Shown piece after piece: positions 29,960 through 39,193 of a DNA stretch of 64,000 bases. Position 1 is the first letter of the stretch. Every line of letters begins with the position of its first letter. Source of the stretch: a virus; the IMG/VR virus record IMGVR_UViG_3300016674_000106; one strand, written 5' to 3'. The position numbers and the translations under genes were made by a program. The notes below the pieces were generated by a model. That model saw nothing but the letters and a program-made list of their open reading frames with translations. It was not told the DNA's origin and made no database searches.

Positions 29960-31567
29960 ATGGCTTACATTTTAAATAAAACAAACGGAACAGTTCTTGC
30001 TAAGTTAGAAGATGGTGCTATAAACCAATCTACTGATTTAATATTTGTTGGTAAAAACTACGCCGGCTACGGTGAGATCATTAACGAAGATCTACTAAAA
30101 CTTTTAGAAAATTTTTCTAATAAAACTGCTCCGACGAAACCTATAACAGGTCAGTTGTGGTATAATTCTGCATCTAAACAAATTAATGTTTACAACGGAA
30201 CAACCTTTAACAAGTTGCCTGCAGTTGAATACTCTACGACTCCGCCCGTAACATTATCGAACATTGGAGATTTATGGTTTAACACCACAGAAAAGAAATT
30301 GTATGTTAGGAGTAGCGGAAGCGCAGGCATTGCTGGATACACGTTAGTCGGGCCAACGTCATCGGGTAATGCAGCCGCAGTTATTCTTGCAACCGCAATT
30401 GATTCTGATCGTAACACCCGTTATGTACTCAAGCATACAATCAATGGGGCAGTAGTGGCGGTATCGTCAGCGGAAGAATTTACCTTAGCATCCGATGATG
30501 CACTTTACGGTAGTTTTACTGCCATTAAACGGGGGTTTACTGTATCGGGAGCAAATTCGTCAACTGGGGATTCAAGTGCTTCAGGATACTATTTTTGGGG
30601 AACCGCTGCAACTGCAAATCGTTTAGGGCAATATCTTCCAGAAGAATTTCTTCTAAAAACTGCATACGATGCAGGAATCGTAAACGGATTTAACATTGAC
30701 AACGATAACGGAGTTCTTGTAGGCACCGGCGGAATTTTTAAATTCCATGCAGATGCCGGAGCTCGCGAAGGAAAGATTACAGCAGTACAGGGAACAAAGA
30801 TTTCTTTTAATCTAAGATACCCAACAGCTAACGACAGCATTAAGCGAGTGTTAGTTATCGACGGCAACAAACTAGTACCGAGTGATGTGACGTTTAGTAT
30901 CGGAACTTCGGGAACTCGTTTTAGTGAATTGTATACATCAAATGGGGATATTACTAATTTTTCTGCGTATAATGCTACCGTTACTGGATCTTTAACTGCT
31001 CCTACAAAACCGGTTTCTGATTATTCTAATGCTGTTGCCACTACTGCATTTGTAAAAAATAGTTTGCCTGCAGGTGTAATAGTAATGTGGTCAGGAAATG
31101 CCGAAAATGTTCCGGCAGGATGGGTACTATGTAATGGTCAAAACGGAACACCTGATTTAAGAAATCGGTTCGTTATTGGGGCGCCTGCCGCCGGCGGCCC
31201 TGGGATGACACCGCACGGTATAGGCGGAGATTTTACTTCGTGGACAAGTAATAATGGCGGCCACTCGCACGGAGGGCGCACTGGAGAACACGCGTTAACT
31301 ATAACGCAGATGCCATCTCACTATCACTCAGTTGGAGTGAGAATTGAATCTACGGCCGCGGTACCGCCGCTCTATACGTCAGGGTCTGTTGTGCAGCCCG
31401 GCGACGGCCTCGATCACGTATATGGTCAATTCACCGCAATTCCAAACACCGGCATTGCCGGCTCTGGGGGGCCGCACTCGCACGTTATATCTGCAGACGG
31501 TACTCACGGACATTCTGTATATTCAGTTCCGCCGTATTATGCATTATGTTATATCATGAAACTATAA
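29960..31567 (+). CDS. Tail fibre paralog 4 with collar domain and His-rich tip
   Basis: Shared N-terminus; LPAGVIVMWSG....VPAGWVLCNGQNGTPDLRNRFVIGA; HSH/HYH/HGH motifs; ends PPYYALCYIMKL. Confidence 0.8.
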   Translation: MAYILNKTNGTVLAKLEDGAINQSTDLIFVGKNYAGYGEIINEDLLKLLENFSNKTAPTKPITGQLWYNSASKQINVYNGTTFNKLPAVEYSTTPPVTLSNIGDLWFNTTEKKLYVRSSGSAGIAGYTLVGPTSSGNAAAVILATAIDSDRNTRYVLKHTINGAVVAVSSAEEFTLASDDALYGSFTAIKRGFTVSGANSSTGDSSASGYYFWGTAATANRLGQYLPEEFLLKTAYDAGIVNGFNIDNDNGVLVGTGGIFKFHADAGAREGKITAVQGTKISFNLRYPTANDSIKRVLVIDGNKLVPSDVTFSIGTSGTRFSELYTSNGDITNFSAYNATVTGSLTAPTKPVSDYSNAVATTAFVKNSLPAGVIVMWSGNAENVPAGWVLCNGQNGTPDLRNRFVIGAPAAGGPGMTPHGIGGDFTSWTSNNGGHSHGGRTGEHALTITQMPSHYHSVGVRIESTAAVPPLYTSGSVVQPGDGLDHVYGQFTAIPNTGIAGSGGPHSHVISADGTHGHSVYSVPPYYALCYIMKL

Positions 31568-31569
31568 GT

Positions 31570-31597
31570 AAAAACCCGGGGTTACCCCGGGTTTTTT
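31570..31597. terminator. Bidirectional intrinsic terminator between converging blocks
   Basis: AAAAA-CCCGGGG-TTA-CCCCGGG-TTTTTT between the tail fibre stop (31567) and the thyA stop (31599). Confidence 0.85.
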
Positions 31598-31598
31598 A

Positions 31599-32471
31599 TT
31601 ACACAGCCATCGGTGCTTTAATAGTGTCGTGCGATTGATAATTATCAAGACGAATATCTGACATCTCAAAATCGGTAATAACGCTAACTTCGGGATTGAG
31701 ATATAGTGTCGGGTGCGGCATCGGTTCTCTCGATAGCTGCTCTTTAACTTGCTCGATGTGATTCTCGTAGATATGAGCATCACCGATCGCTAACACAAGC
31801 TCGTCAACTTCTAGGTTGCAGACTTGTGCAATCATATGAGTAAAGAGCGCATAGCTAGCAATATTAAACGGAATTCCAAGGAACATATCGGCGCTACGCT
31901 GGTACATTTGGCAGCTTAATTTTCCGTTATTTACATAAAACTGACTTAAAATATGGCACGGAGGAAGAGCCATTTGATCAAGTTCGCCTGGATTCCATGC
32001 AGAAATGATATGCCTGCGACCGTACGGATCTTCTTTAATACCGTTAATAAGTTCAATAAGTTGATCATGATTTTGTAAAACCACCTTATTTACTCTAACT
32101 AACGGCTTACGCCAGCGACGCCATTGAACTCCGTAAATGCGTCCTAAATCGCCAGGATGGCGCTGTAGTCGTTTATTGACCCAATAGTCGGCTTGTGCAT
32201 TCGCAGTCCAGATAGTTCCTTTTTCGGAGTATCTGTCCCCGTGTAACAGTTCTCGAAGCCGAAATTCATCACCACTACCTTCGATAAACCAGAGCAATTC
32301 GCTAACAACAGACTTCCACGCTAACTTCTTAGTTGTTACTGCCGGAAACCCTTCAGTAAGATCAAACCTCAGTTGAACCCCAAATTTAGAAATAGTACCA
32401 ACACCGGTACGATCGGGTCGCTTGTTGCCAGTTTCTAAAATATCTCTAAGTGCATCTAAATATTGTTTCAT
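31599..32471 (-). CDS. thyA: Thymidylate synthase
   Basis: DRTGVGT, LGRIYGVQWR, MALPPCH catalytic Cys, YQRSADMFLGIPFNIASY. Confidence 0.97.
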   Translation of the reverse strand: MKQYLDALRDILETGNKRPDRTGVGTISKFGVQLRFDLTEGFPAVTTKKLAWKSVVSELLWFIEGSGDEFRLRELLHGDRYSEKGTIWTANAQADYWVNKRLQRHPGDLGRIYGVQWRRWRKPLVRVNKVVLQNHDQLIELINGIKEDPYGRRHIISAWNPGELDQMALPPCHILSQFYVNNGKLSCQMYQRSADMFLGIPFNIASYALFTHMIAQVCNLEVDELVLAIGDAHIYENHIEQVKEQLSREPMPHPTLYLNPEVSVITDFEMSDIRLDNYQSHDTIKAPMAV

Positions 32472-32956
32472 CTTATGTATTCTTTAATTGTATAAGCCGG
32501 CGCTTCTTCTGTAGCACCGAAATGTCTTAGCTCGTGCGATTCGGATGTATTTTCTTTAACGTATTGAAGATCGAAGAATTTATCACATTCATAACTTGCA
32601 TCAATCTCGGTAACATAAAAGACATCAACTAAATGCTTAACGCTATCGTAAAGAGCCTGTCCTCCGATAATAAAGATTTTTTTAGTAGAAAATCTTAGTT
32701 TAAGATCGGTAATAGCTTCTACAGGGTCGCTATACGTAAGGTTAGCGCCCGGATACAAGTGCGAACTAATTACTACGTTTATTCGATTAGTTAACGGCTT
32801 TCCTAGGCTTTTAAAAGTAGTAGAGCCCATGACAACAACGTTGCCGGTGGTCAGCGATTGAAACCATTTCATATCGCCTGCAAGATGCGGCCAGGGCATC
32901 TGCCCTTTGAAACCAATTCCCTGGCCCTGCTCTACTGCGCAGATGCAGTAAATCAT
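32468..32956 (-). CDS. folA: Dihydrofolate reductase
   Basis: GIGFKGQMPW.HL.GDM..F...T.G.VVVMG..TF.SL..PL..R.N.V, IFIIGG, CD.FF. Confidence 0.93.
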   Translation of the reverse strand: MIYCICAVEQGQGIGFKGQMPWPHLAGDMKWFQSLTTGNVVVMGSTTFKSLGKPLTNRINVVISSHLYPGANLTYSDPVEAITDLKLRFSTKKIFIIGGQALYDSVKHLVDVFYVTEIDASYECDKFFDLQYVKENTSESHELRHFGATEEAPAYTIKEYIR

Positions 32957-33552
32957 TCAACCTCAACCGCAGTTGTCTTTTTCTTAGGCTTCGGAGGATC
33001 TAGCTGATCAGCTTCTCGTCTTAGTCGTTGAGCTTCCTTAAATAACGCGTCTGCACGACTACGCATCTCGGCAGGAGTGAGCTCAAATGTAACAGTTTCC
33101 TGAGAGGAAGTCTTTGCCGATTCAACAGGCACCTCAACCTTTGCAGTAGTCTTCTTAGCAGGTTCTTGTGAGCCGTCGCTAACTGCGAGTTCCTCGATAG
33201 TGCAACCACGTTGATCAGCAATCAGCTGATTAAGCTCGTCGAGCGGAATTTGAGTTTGACTATCCGGAGTCATTAGGACTAAATTAGTCGGAACCTTCTT
33301 CAAATGCCCATTTGCATGCAGATAGCCGAGCATCACGCTACCGTCCGGGAACTTGCGAACAGCGAGAATGTCTGCCAACTCGTTTGCTTGTTGAGCGCTG
33401 TCACTTTCGATGAGATTCATAAGAGAATCGTGATAGCTGTCGCCGAGCCCTTGTGTTCCGACTACTAGTGCGCTGCGAGCATCGCCGGGCAAGGTGCGAT
33501 AGATAATTGCAACTCTTGCTGAGTTATTTTTCATTTTACCAACGTGTTTCAT
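32953..33552 (-). CDS. Hypothetical protein
   Basis: 199-aa ORF with SD, translationally coupled to DHFR; no family recognised. Confidence 0.6.
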   Translation of the reverse strand: MKHVGKMKNNSARVAIIYRTLPGDARSALVVGTQGLGDSYHDSLMNLIESDSAQQANELADILAVRKFPDGSVMLGYLHANGHLKKVPTNLVLMTPDSQTQIPLDELNQLIADQRGCTIEELAVSDGSQEPAKKTTAKVEVPVESAKTSSQETVTFELTPAEMRSRADALFKEAQRLRREADQLDPPKPKKKTTAVEVE

Positions 33553-33566
33553 TTTTTATTTCCTTA

Positions 33567-33782
33567 TTATTCGGACTTGCTTTGTGTATTTTCGCCAGTA
33601 TCGGCATCGGGAGTTACTGCTTTAAGGAAAGCGGTAAGCTTATCAAACACTGTACCGACGCCGGTCATTTCGGCTGCACCAAATGCGCCTCGACGAGATG
33701 CAACGTCGATAATTGATCGAATATTTTGAAGATCGATTAGTGTTAGTTCTACGGCCGGTGAGTTGTTAGTGGTATCTGTCAT
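33567..33782 (-). CDS. Small hypothetical protein
   Basis: 71-aa ORF with AGGA SD, co-oriented with the operon. Confidence 0.55.
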   Translation of the reverse strand: MTDTTNNSPAVELTLIDLQNIRSIIDVASRRGAFGAAEMTGVGTVFDKLTAFLKAVTPDADTGENTQSKSE

Positions 33783-33790
33783 AAAATTTC

Positions 33791-34084
33791 CTATTTAGGT
33801 TGTATGTATGGACATGCTAAACTAAGCATGGTTAATTCTGCAGGGTCTTCGACCCCAATTTCGAAACATTCAATAATTTTTCGATTACTGTCGAGAATTT
33901 GTTTGGTAACAATGCTATATCGACTGTTTAAATTATTATAAATCCAGCGATCTACATTGTCAATATTACTTCTTGTCAACGACATTGAAGGGCAGACAAG
34001 TCTAGAAAAGTGAACCGGAATGTAGGGCAGCTTTCGCTGCCCTGCAAGGTTCAGAGGATTTGCTGTACCTTTTGCTAAAGCCAT
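33791..34084 (-). CDS. Hypothetical protein
   Basis: 97-aa ORF packed between co-oriented genes, TATAAATA just upstream. Confidence 0.55.
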   Translation of the reverse strand: MALAKGTANPLNLAGQRKLPYIPVHFSRLVCPSMSLTRSNIDNVDRWIYNNLNSRYSIVTKQILDSNRKIIECFEIGVEDPAELTMLSLACPYIQPK

Positions 34085-34096
34085 TATATACCTACT

Positions 34097-35338
34097 TTAT
34101 TTATAATAGGCAGTCTGACCAAACGGAGAAACAATAGTGTCGTTGCCGTGAATAATAAACAACGTTTCGCAGTAGTTTTCGTCACCCCAACTACCGCACG
34201 GATACCCGTCGGTAAACATGATAAACCGCTTAGGTTCGATACCTTGGTCCTTCATAAAATCAAAGTTAGCATCAAAATCAGTGCCGCCGCCGCCCTTAAC
34301 CTTGTAATGCATGATCTCGTCGGCGTTATCACCGCTAAACTTAGCATAATTATACACCTGGGTGTCAAAGCACCAAAGGTCGAGTTTAAAGTCAACATAC
34401 TCGTCCATGATGCCCTTAACTTCACTCAGGAAGTCCATGGCTTGGCGATCAGAGATGCTACCGGACATGTCGATTGCAACAGACACATCGATAGTTTCTT
34501 CGTTCATCATACCAGGCAACACTGCACCGCAGTGTTGGCTCTTACGGTTCGGCCGACTAAAGCTAAAGTTGCTTTTCAAAATGCTCTGAATGTTCATTCG
34601 CAGCATCTGACGCCAATCCATCTTCGGCTCAGTGAACTCTTGAATGAGCCGTGCAACGCCAGCCGGAGTCTTGCCCGCGCCCGCGCTTTGCATTGCAGAA
34701 ACCATCGCTTCTTTGATTTCGTCGCGAATGACCTTTTTTTCTGCTTCGGTTAGCTTCGGACGACCATTACCCTGCTTACCTTCTTCGTCACCACCGCCGC
34801 CTGAACCCTCGTCGCCATCGTCGTCAAGGTGTTCATCGAGCAGTTGCCCAAGTTGGTCCAGATCGATTTTGATTGCCGTTTTTTCGAGCTCTTCGTAAAT
34901 CTGCTCAAAGCTCCAGTTACGGTATTTGTCGTCTTGAAAGATTTTAATCTTTTTCGGAACTTCGCCGATTTTCTCGTCTTTGAGAATCTGATTCACCGCG
35001 TAGTCGGCTGCAATATTAGCCAGTCGCTTGTCGCGATGACCTGCGCGTCCAATATGGTCAAAAACGTTGTGAAGAACTTCGTGACCGAAGCCAAATTCAA
35101 TTTCTTTTGCGCTCAAGTCGAACACAAAGTTTGCATTGTAATAGAAGTTCCGGCCGTCGGTTGCAAGTGTGTCGCACCAATCGCTTGCATCAATAATTTG
35201 CATACGAGTAGCCATATTGCCAAAGAACGGATGGCGCAGCAGCAGACCGACCCGCGCAGTGGTCAGCTTTTCAACAATTCGATTGTGGTCTGCGGCAGTA
35301 AGTTCTCGAGCAGGGGCGTTGGGTTTTTTGGTTGCCAT
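34097..35338 (-). CDS. Metallopeptidase-like + VWA domain protein (DUF2201-type)
   Basis: HEVLH (HExxH) motif, acidic Gly-rich linker, MIDAS DMSGS, GGGGTDF; start moved to the ATG at 35338, downstream of its promoter. Confidence 0.85.
   Translation of the reverse strand: MATKKPNAPARELTAADHNRIVEKLTTARVGLLLRHPFFGNMATRMQIIDASDWCDTLATDGRNFYYNANFVFDLSAKEIEFGFGHEVLHNVFDHIGRAGHRDKRLANIAADYAVNQILKDEKIGEVPKKIKIFQDDKYRNWSFEQIYEELEKTAIKIDLDQLGQLLDEHLDDDGDEGSGGGGDEEGKQGNGRPKLTEAEKKVIRDEIKEAMVSAMQSAGAGKTPAGVARLIQEFTEPKMDWRQMLRMNIQSILKSNFSFSRPNRKSQHCGAVLPGMMNEETIDVSVAIDMSGSISDRQAMDFLSEVKGIMDEYVDFKLDLWCFDTQVYNYAKFSGDNADEIMHYKVKGGGGTDFDANFDFMKDQGIEPKRFIMFTDGYPCGSWGDENYCETLFIIHGNDTIVSPFGQTAYYK
34098..34105 (-). 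promoter_or_regulatory. Late promoter TATAAATA embedded in the VWA gene's last codons
   Basis: TAT AAA TAA (Tyr-Lys-stop) spells TATAAATA, 13 nt before the next ATG. Confidence 0.45.
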
Positions 35339-35366
35339 GTGTAAATCTCGCTGTGTTAGTGTGTTA

Positions 35367-35395
35367 ATTATACACAAGATGTAGGTAACTGTCAA
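35367..35395 (-). promoter_or_regulatory. Consensus sigma70 promoter (VWA gene)
   Basis: TTGACA (35395-35390), 17 nt, TATAAT (35372-35367). Confidence 0.8.
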
Positions 35396-35409
35396 TGCAC
35401 ATTTAGTCA

Positions 35410-35438
35410 AAAGTAAAGGGCCGGAGGCCCTTTACTTT
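35410..35438 (-). terminator. Hairpin/terminator between MoxR and VWA genes
   Basis: Perfect 13-bp inverted repeat AAAGTAAAGGGCC-gga-GGCCCTTTACTTT. Confidence 0.7.
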
Positions 35439-35451
35439 GAAAAAGTACCGA

Positions 35452-36534
35452 TTAGCCTTGCATTGCAGCAATAATGAACTTACCGTAACGCTGATGGAAC
35501 TCATCAAAGTTCTTCAGCTTAGACGGATCAAACGGCAGGTTATAGGTGCTAATCGCCACCTTTGCGCCCATAACGGTCATTTCCGTTTGGAAGTTATCCA
35601 TCATAAAGCGGAAGAAGTAGTCGGCCATTTCGTCCCAGTTATCGACTTTCTTCTTTTTTGCTGCCTGGAGCTCGTAGCACAGACTGATAGTCAGCGAGTA
35701 CATTGCCGAAATTTCCTTGATGTTACACTTAGTAACCTTGCCGGACAGCACATCTTCGGGCAGAGGCATTTGCTGTGCAACCTTGCGGTGAGCCATGAAC
35801 TTAACCGCAAGCCCTTCGCCGACTGCGCCTGCGATTAGGTCGGTAAGAGTAGATTCGGGAAGATTGTCATCTTCCAGCAGCTCGCTAACGAAGGACCAGG
35901 AACGCGGAGTAGCAAACGCGCGGCTAGTGCTCTTCGGGTCGAAATCATACAGATCTTGCTTGGCAAAGCCCAGATAACCGACTACTTGCTCGTGCACCTG
36001 ATTCAGGGTGGCCCACTTGAGCCAGTCGTCAAAGTCAGTGCGGAGTTCCAGATGCAGGAAACGGTTAGCCAGCGGAGCCGGCATACGATACGTAACGCCC
36101 TTGTCGGTCTCGCGGTTGCCAGCGGCAACAATGGACACACCATCGGGCAGTCGATACGTGCCAACGCGACGATTCAGAATCAGCTGATATGCAGCAGCTT
36201 GGGTTGCCGGAGCCGCAGAGTTCAGTTCGTCGAGGAACAGGATTGCGGTACTATTCGGATCGCTCGGCAGCTCGCTCGGCGCAGCCCAGGTCATCGTGCC
36301 AAGATCGGAGTTGTAATAAGGAATACCTTTGATATCGGTAGGCTCCCAAAGGCTCAAGCGCACGTCGATGACCTCACGACCTTCTTCGCGACCAATCTGA
36401 TGCACAATGTCGGACTTGCCGATGCCCGGAGGGCCCCACATAAACACCGGACGCTTCACATCGATACACTTGCGGATACCGCGGATAGCTTCGTTAGGGG
36501 TAACGGTGCGGTTGGTGGAGATCTTTTCAGCCAT
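35452..36534 (-). CDS. MoxR-family AAA+ ATPase
   Basis: Walker A GPPGIGKS, Walker B ILFLDE, AAGNR, PLANRF, TPRSW. Confidence 0.9.
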   Translation of the reverse strand: MAEKISTNRTVTPNEAIRGIRKCIDVKRPVFMWGPPGIGKSDIVHQIGREEGREVIDVRLSLWEPTDIKGIPYYNSDLGTMTWAAPSELPSDPNSTAILFLDELNSAAPATQAAAYQLILNRRVGTYRLPDGVSIVAAGNRETDKGVTYRMPAPLANRFLHLELRTDFDDWLKWATLNQVHEQVVGYLGFAKQDLYDFDPKSTSRAFATPRSWSFVSELLEDDNLPESTLTDLIAGAVGEGLAVKFMAHRKVAQQMPLPEDVLSGKVTKCNIKEISAMYSLTISLCYELQAAKKKKVDNWDEMADYFFRFMMDNFQTEMTVMGAKVAISTYNLPFDPSKLKNFDEFHQRYGKFIIAAMQG

Positions 36535-36594
36535 TGTATTAACCTTTCAGTGAGTGTGTTTAAAAACTGTTTTGTTGCTTGTCTAAGTGTCACT

Positions 36595-36623
36595 ATTATA
36601 CATAGTAACTGTGGTGATGTCAA
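36595..36623 (-). promoter_or_regulatory. Consensus sigma70 promoter (MoxR gene)
   Basis: TTGACA (36623-36618), 17 nt, TATAAT (36600-36595). Confidence 0.8.
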
Positions 36624-36636
36624 GCGTTTTTAGAAA

Positions 36637-37011
36637 TTATTTTGAGTTAGACTTAGCACGACCGAATTTTTCCAGGTCGCCGCCGAACAGGACTAGTTGA
36701 ACTGCCATCTTTTCTTTGGAGACAAAGATGGCTTTTTTGGTAAGAAAATACGGGCAATCAATATATCTATCGAGCCATATTAATAGCTGATTGGTAATTT
36801 TAAGGTCTACCGGCAGGTCAAGTTGGTAAAAATGCAAACCAACTTGACCTGAAATTACATCAAACCCTAGTGAGGTTAATGCAAAGCTTCTTTCACCCTG
36901 TAATCTCGGGTTTTTCCACCATAATGGAAGATACGCACTAACTGTTTTATCATCAGTTGGCAGATCTAGCGCCTCTAAAAATATTTTAGTTAGTAGTATC
37001 TTTGTGTCCAT
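36637..37011 (-). CDS. Hypothetical protein
   Basis: 124-aa ORF coupled to the upstream gene (TAATG overlap). Confidence 0.6.
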   Translation of the reverse strand: MDTKILLTKIFLEALDLPTDDKTVSAYLPLWWKNPRLQGERSFALTSLGFDVISGQVGLHFYQLDLPVDLKITNQLLIWLDRYIDCPYFLTKKAIFVSKEKMAVQLVLFGGDLEKFGRAKSNSK

Positions 37012-37295
37012 TAGGTAATTTTTTCCCCAGTTACAAGTTTATACACATCAAAATCGTTGCAATTAAACATCTTGTTTAGCTTTTCAGCTAAGTTGATGGC
37101 GTGTCCTTTGTTCGAAAAGCTAACTTTCTTATACTTTGGTCCGGATTCTTGTGCAAGAATCGAACTAGTTTTAAGATTCACAGGCATTCCTTTGTAAAAT
37201 ACCGCCCATATTGCATCAGCTTCGAGAACTTGCTCTGTTTTGAATGTTTTTTTATCAGTAATTTCCAACAATATTGTAGGTTTTGGTCTAGACAC
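37011..37295 (-). CDS. Hypothetical protein
   Basis: 94-aa ORF, GTG start with AAGGGAGAGG SD. Confidence 0.65.
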   Translation of the reverse strand: MSRPKPTILLEITDKKTFKTEQVLEADAIWAVFYKGMPVNLKTSSILAQESGPKYKKVSFSNKGHAINLAEKLNKMFNCNDFDVYKLVTGEKIT

Positions 37296-37482
37296 GATTA
37301 ACCTCTCCCTTAGTAATCATACCAAATGTTGCTCTTTGCTGAACAAGAGATTTTGTCTCTTGAGTGCAAAGTGATTTTTTAAAAGGGGAGTTCTGTGTAT
37401 ATAACCAAAGAGGTCTCAGATTCATATACATATTCCCATAGTTATTAGCAGGGATTTCCTACTAATTAAGTATATTTATCTG

Positions 37483-37490
37483 AGGCCTTA
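37483..37490 (-). promoter_or_regulatory. Late promoter-like GATAAATA
   Basis: At the start of a 196-nt intergenic region. Confidence 0.5.
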
Positions 37491-37491
37491 T

Positions 37492-37722
37492 TTATTTAAA
37501 TCCACCGCCGTCCATGTTAATTTTGAAAGTCGGAGGCTCTGCCTGAGTAGATCGCATTTGACTGTCAATTGCACCGGCTAACCGTGTCATGACTACAGCT
37601 AAACAGTCAGACAACGCCTTAACTTCTCTAGAATCGAGTATAATCTGTCGTTGATTACTGTTTATTGCAATTCGTGCTTTGTCTAAAAATTGCTCAATTG
37701 GTAAAGTATTAAGTTGTTTCAT
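37492..37722 (-). CDS. Small hypothetical protein
   Basis: 76-aa ORF overlapping the end of the upstream gene. Confidence 0.55.
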   Translation of the reverse strand: MKQLNTLPIEQFLDKARIAINSNQRQIILDSREVKALSDCLAVVMTRLAGAIDSQMRSTQAEPPTFKINMDGGGFK

Positions 37723-38197
37723 TGTTAACCTTTTGAAGTTCCTGTTTTAATTCTTTCTCAGTCTTAAACGGTCCTTTGAACTCATATCGTTCTACAGTGA
37801 TTAACTTTGGGCAAAAGGCCTTTGCCCAACCTTTTTTAAATCGAATTAAGTAATAACCGGCACAAAACAAACTCTTGCTTTTATCGTTCTTTGCATAAAT
37901 TGGAAGCCTTTGCTTGATGTTATATACTGGATTATGTGGTTTTCCCTTGCATGGATAGTCGTAGATGCTGTAAGTGCTTGCAATCAGTTTTTGGTTACGA
38001 ATAGTATCTAAGCTTTCTTTAAATAGCTCGTCGCCGAACTGTGCTTTTACTTCGTCGATGCTCGGCAACTCAACACGGTATCCTTTTTTAAAGAAAGAAA
38101 ACCCGTGTTCTTCTTTACTCAGTCCACCGAGTTTCGTTCCACCAGCTTCAACAATCCATTCTCTATCGGGAACTAATACTTTAGCTTTCGTTGTCAT
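37709..38197 (-). CDS. Hypothetical protein
   Basis: Likely start MTTKAKV at 38197, overlapping the RNase H C-terminus. Confidence 0.6.
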   Translation of the reverse strand: MTTKAKVLVPDREWIVEAGGTKLGGLSKEEHGFSFFKKGYRVELPSIDEVKAQFGDELFKESLDTIRNQKLIASTYSIYDYPCKGKPHNPVYNIKQRLPIYAKNDKSKSLFCAGYYLIRFKKGWAKAFCPKLITVERYEFKGPFKTEKELKQELQKVNNETT

Positions 38198-39188
38198 TTG
38201 ATGGATACCTTGCGTTAAGCGGTTCTGCAAACGAGTGTGCTTGCTCGGAAATTTTTACTAGATTATATTCTCCGCAAAATTTCATTAATCGAATACCGAC
38301 TTGACCTACGTTCTTGTTTGCAGTAACACTTGCATCGATTGTTTCTTTAATTACTTGCCGAATTTCTTCAGGTTGTGCAGAAAGATCGCAAAGAAGTTTA
38401 TTTCGCGTGTAATCGTCAAGAACACGATGTTCGACGCCCTCGTGGTCGACCCAGCGTTGCAACATAAGATTGTTCCATGCCCACCCCTTCGAATGTCGAT
38501 CTGCAAATGCTTCGAGCAAGCCGACTTTTTTGGAGGTGCCCTTAGTGCGAACTTTCGGATATGCGCTAAAAATGTTATCAGACGTATCGCCTCTCATGCA
38601 CTTTTCAAACAATGCCCATTCGGGCTGAGGTGCAGGCTTTGGCAACTTTGTTTTCTTGTCAATAACAGGCTTGCCTTTTTCGTCAAAATATCCTTCGTGA
38701 GTAATGGTTACTCCTGCTACCCCGTTATATTGACGAACATTCGGCGCAATTAGTTGTTCAAAGTCGCCGTCGGTTGAAATAATAACATGATTATCGTGAG
38801 GATGAGATTGTATAAACCCAGCGATTAGATCATCTGCTTCAAGTCTCGGATTATGCAAAACAGTACAATTAGTTCGTTCAATAACGAACTCCTTAAATTG
38901 ATCAAACGTTTCCCAAAAGACTCGATCTTCCTCAGCTTCTGAAGGGGATTGAGCAGCACGCGCTTCTGCTCGTTGACGTTTATACGGAGCATAATGATCT
39001 TTACGCCAGCTTCGGCCTTCGAGACAGAAAATTATATGATGCCCGTTAAACTCGCGCCAGGCTTTTCTAACACTGGTAAGTACAGTATGAATACTCATAC
39101 CGACTTTATCTTCAAGACTACCACGTACTACGTGCCTGGCCCTAAAAAACACATTTGCTAGATCGATTAATATGTATGTTTTATTCAT
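38181..39188 (-). CDS. rnh: T4 RNase H-like 5'-3' exonuclease
   Basis: LIDLAN.FFR, EADDLIAG, ISTDGDF.QL, MRGD.SDNI motifs. Confidence 0.88.
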   Translation of the reverse strand: MNKTYILIDLANVFFRARHVVRGSLEDKVGMSIHTVLTSVRKAWREFNGHHIIFCLEGRSWRKDHYAPYKRQRAEARAAQSPSEAEEDRVFWETFDQFKEFVIERTNCTVLHNPRLEADDLIAGFIQSHPHDNHVIISTDGDFEQLIAPNVRQYNGVAGVTITHEGYFDEKGKPVIDKKTKLPKPAPQPEWALFEKCMRGDTSDNIFSAYPKVRTKGTSKKVGLLEAFADRHSKGWAWNNLMLQRWVDHEGVEHRVLDDYTRNKLLCDLSAQPEEIRQVIKETIDASVTANKNVGQVGIRLMKFCGEYNLVKISEQAHSFAEPLNARYPSNDNES

Positions 39189-39193
39189 TGTTT

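Noticed and set aside
25731-31567. Diversity-generating retroelement or invertible tail-fibre cassette
   Set aside because: No reverse transcriptase, invertase, near-identical template/variable repeat pair or flanking inverted repeats seen; the paralogy is evident at protein level only.
31599-32471. ThyA-family gene as a dCMP hydroxymethylase supplying hmC to the glycosyltransferase
   Set aside because: It has the dUMP-specifying Asn (PFNIASY) and is paired with DHFR, so it is a canonical thymidylate synthase.
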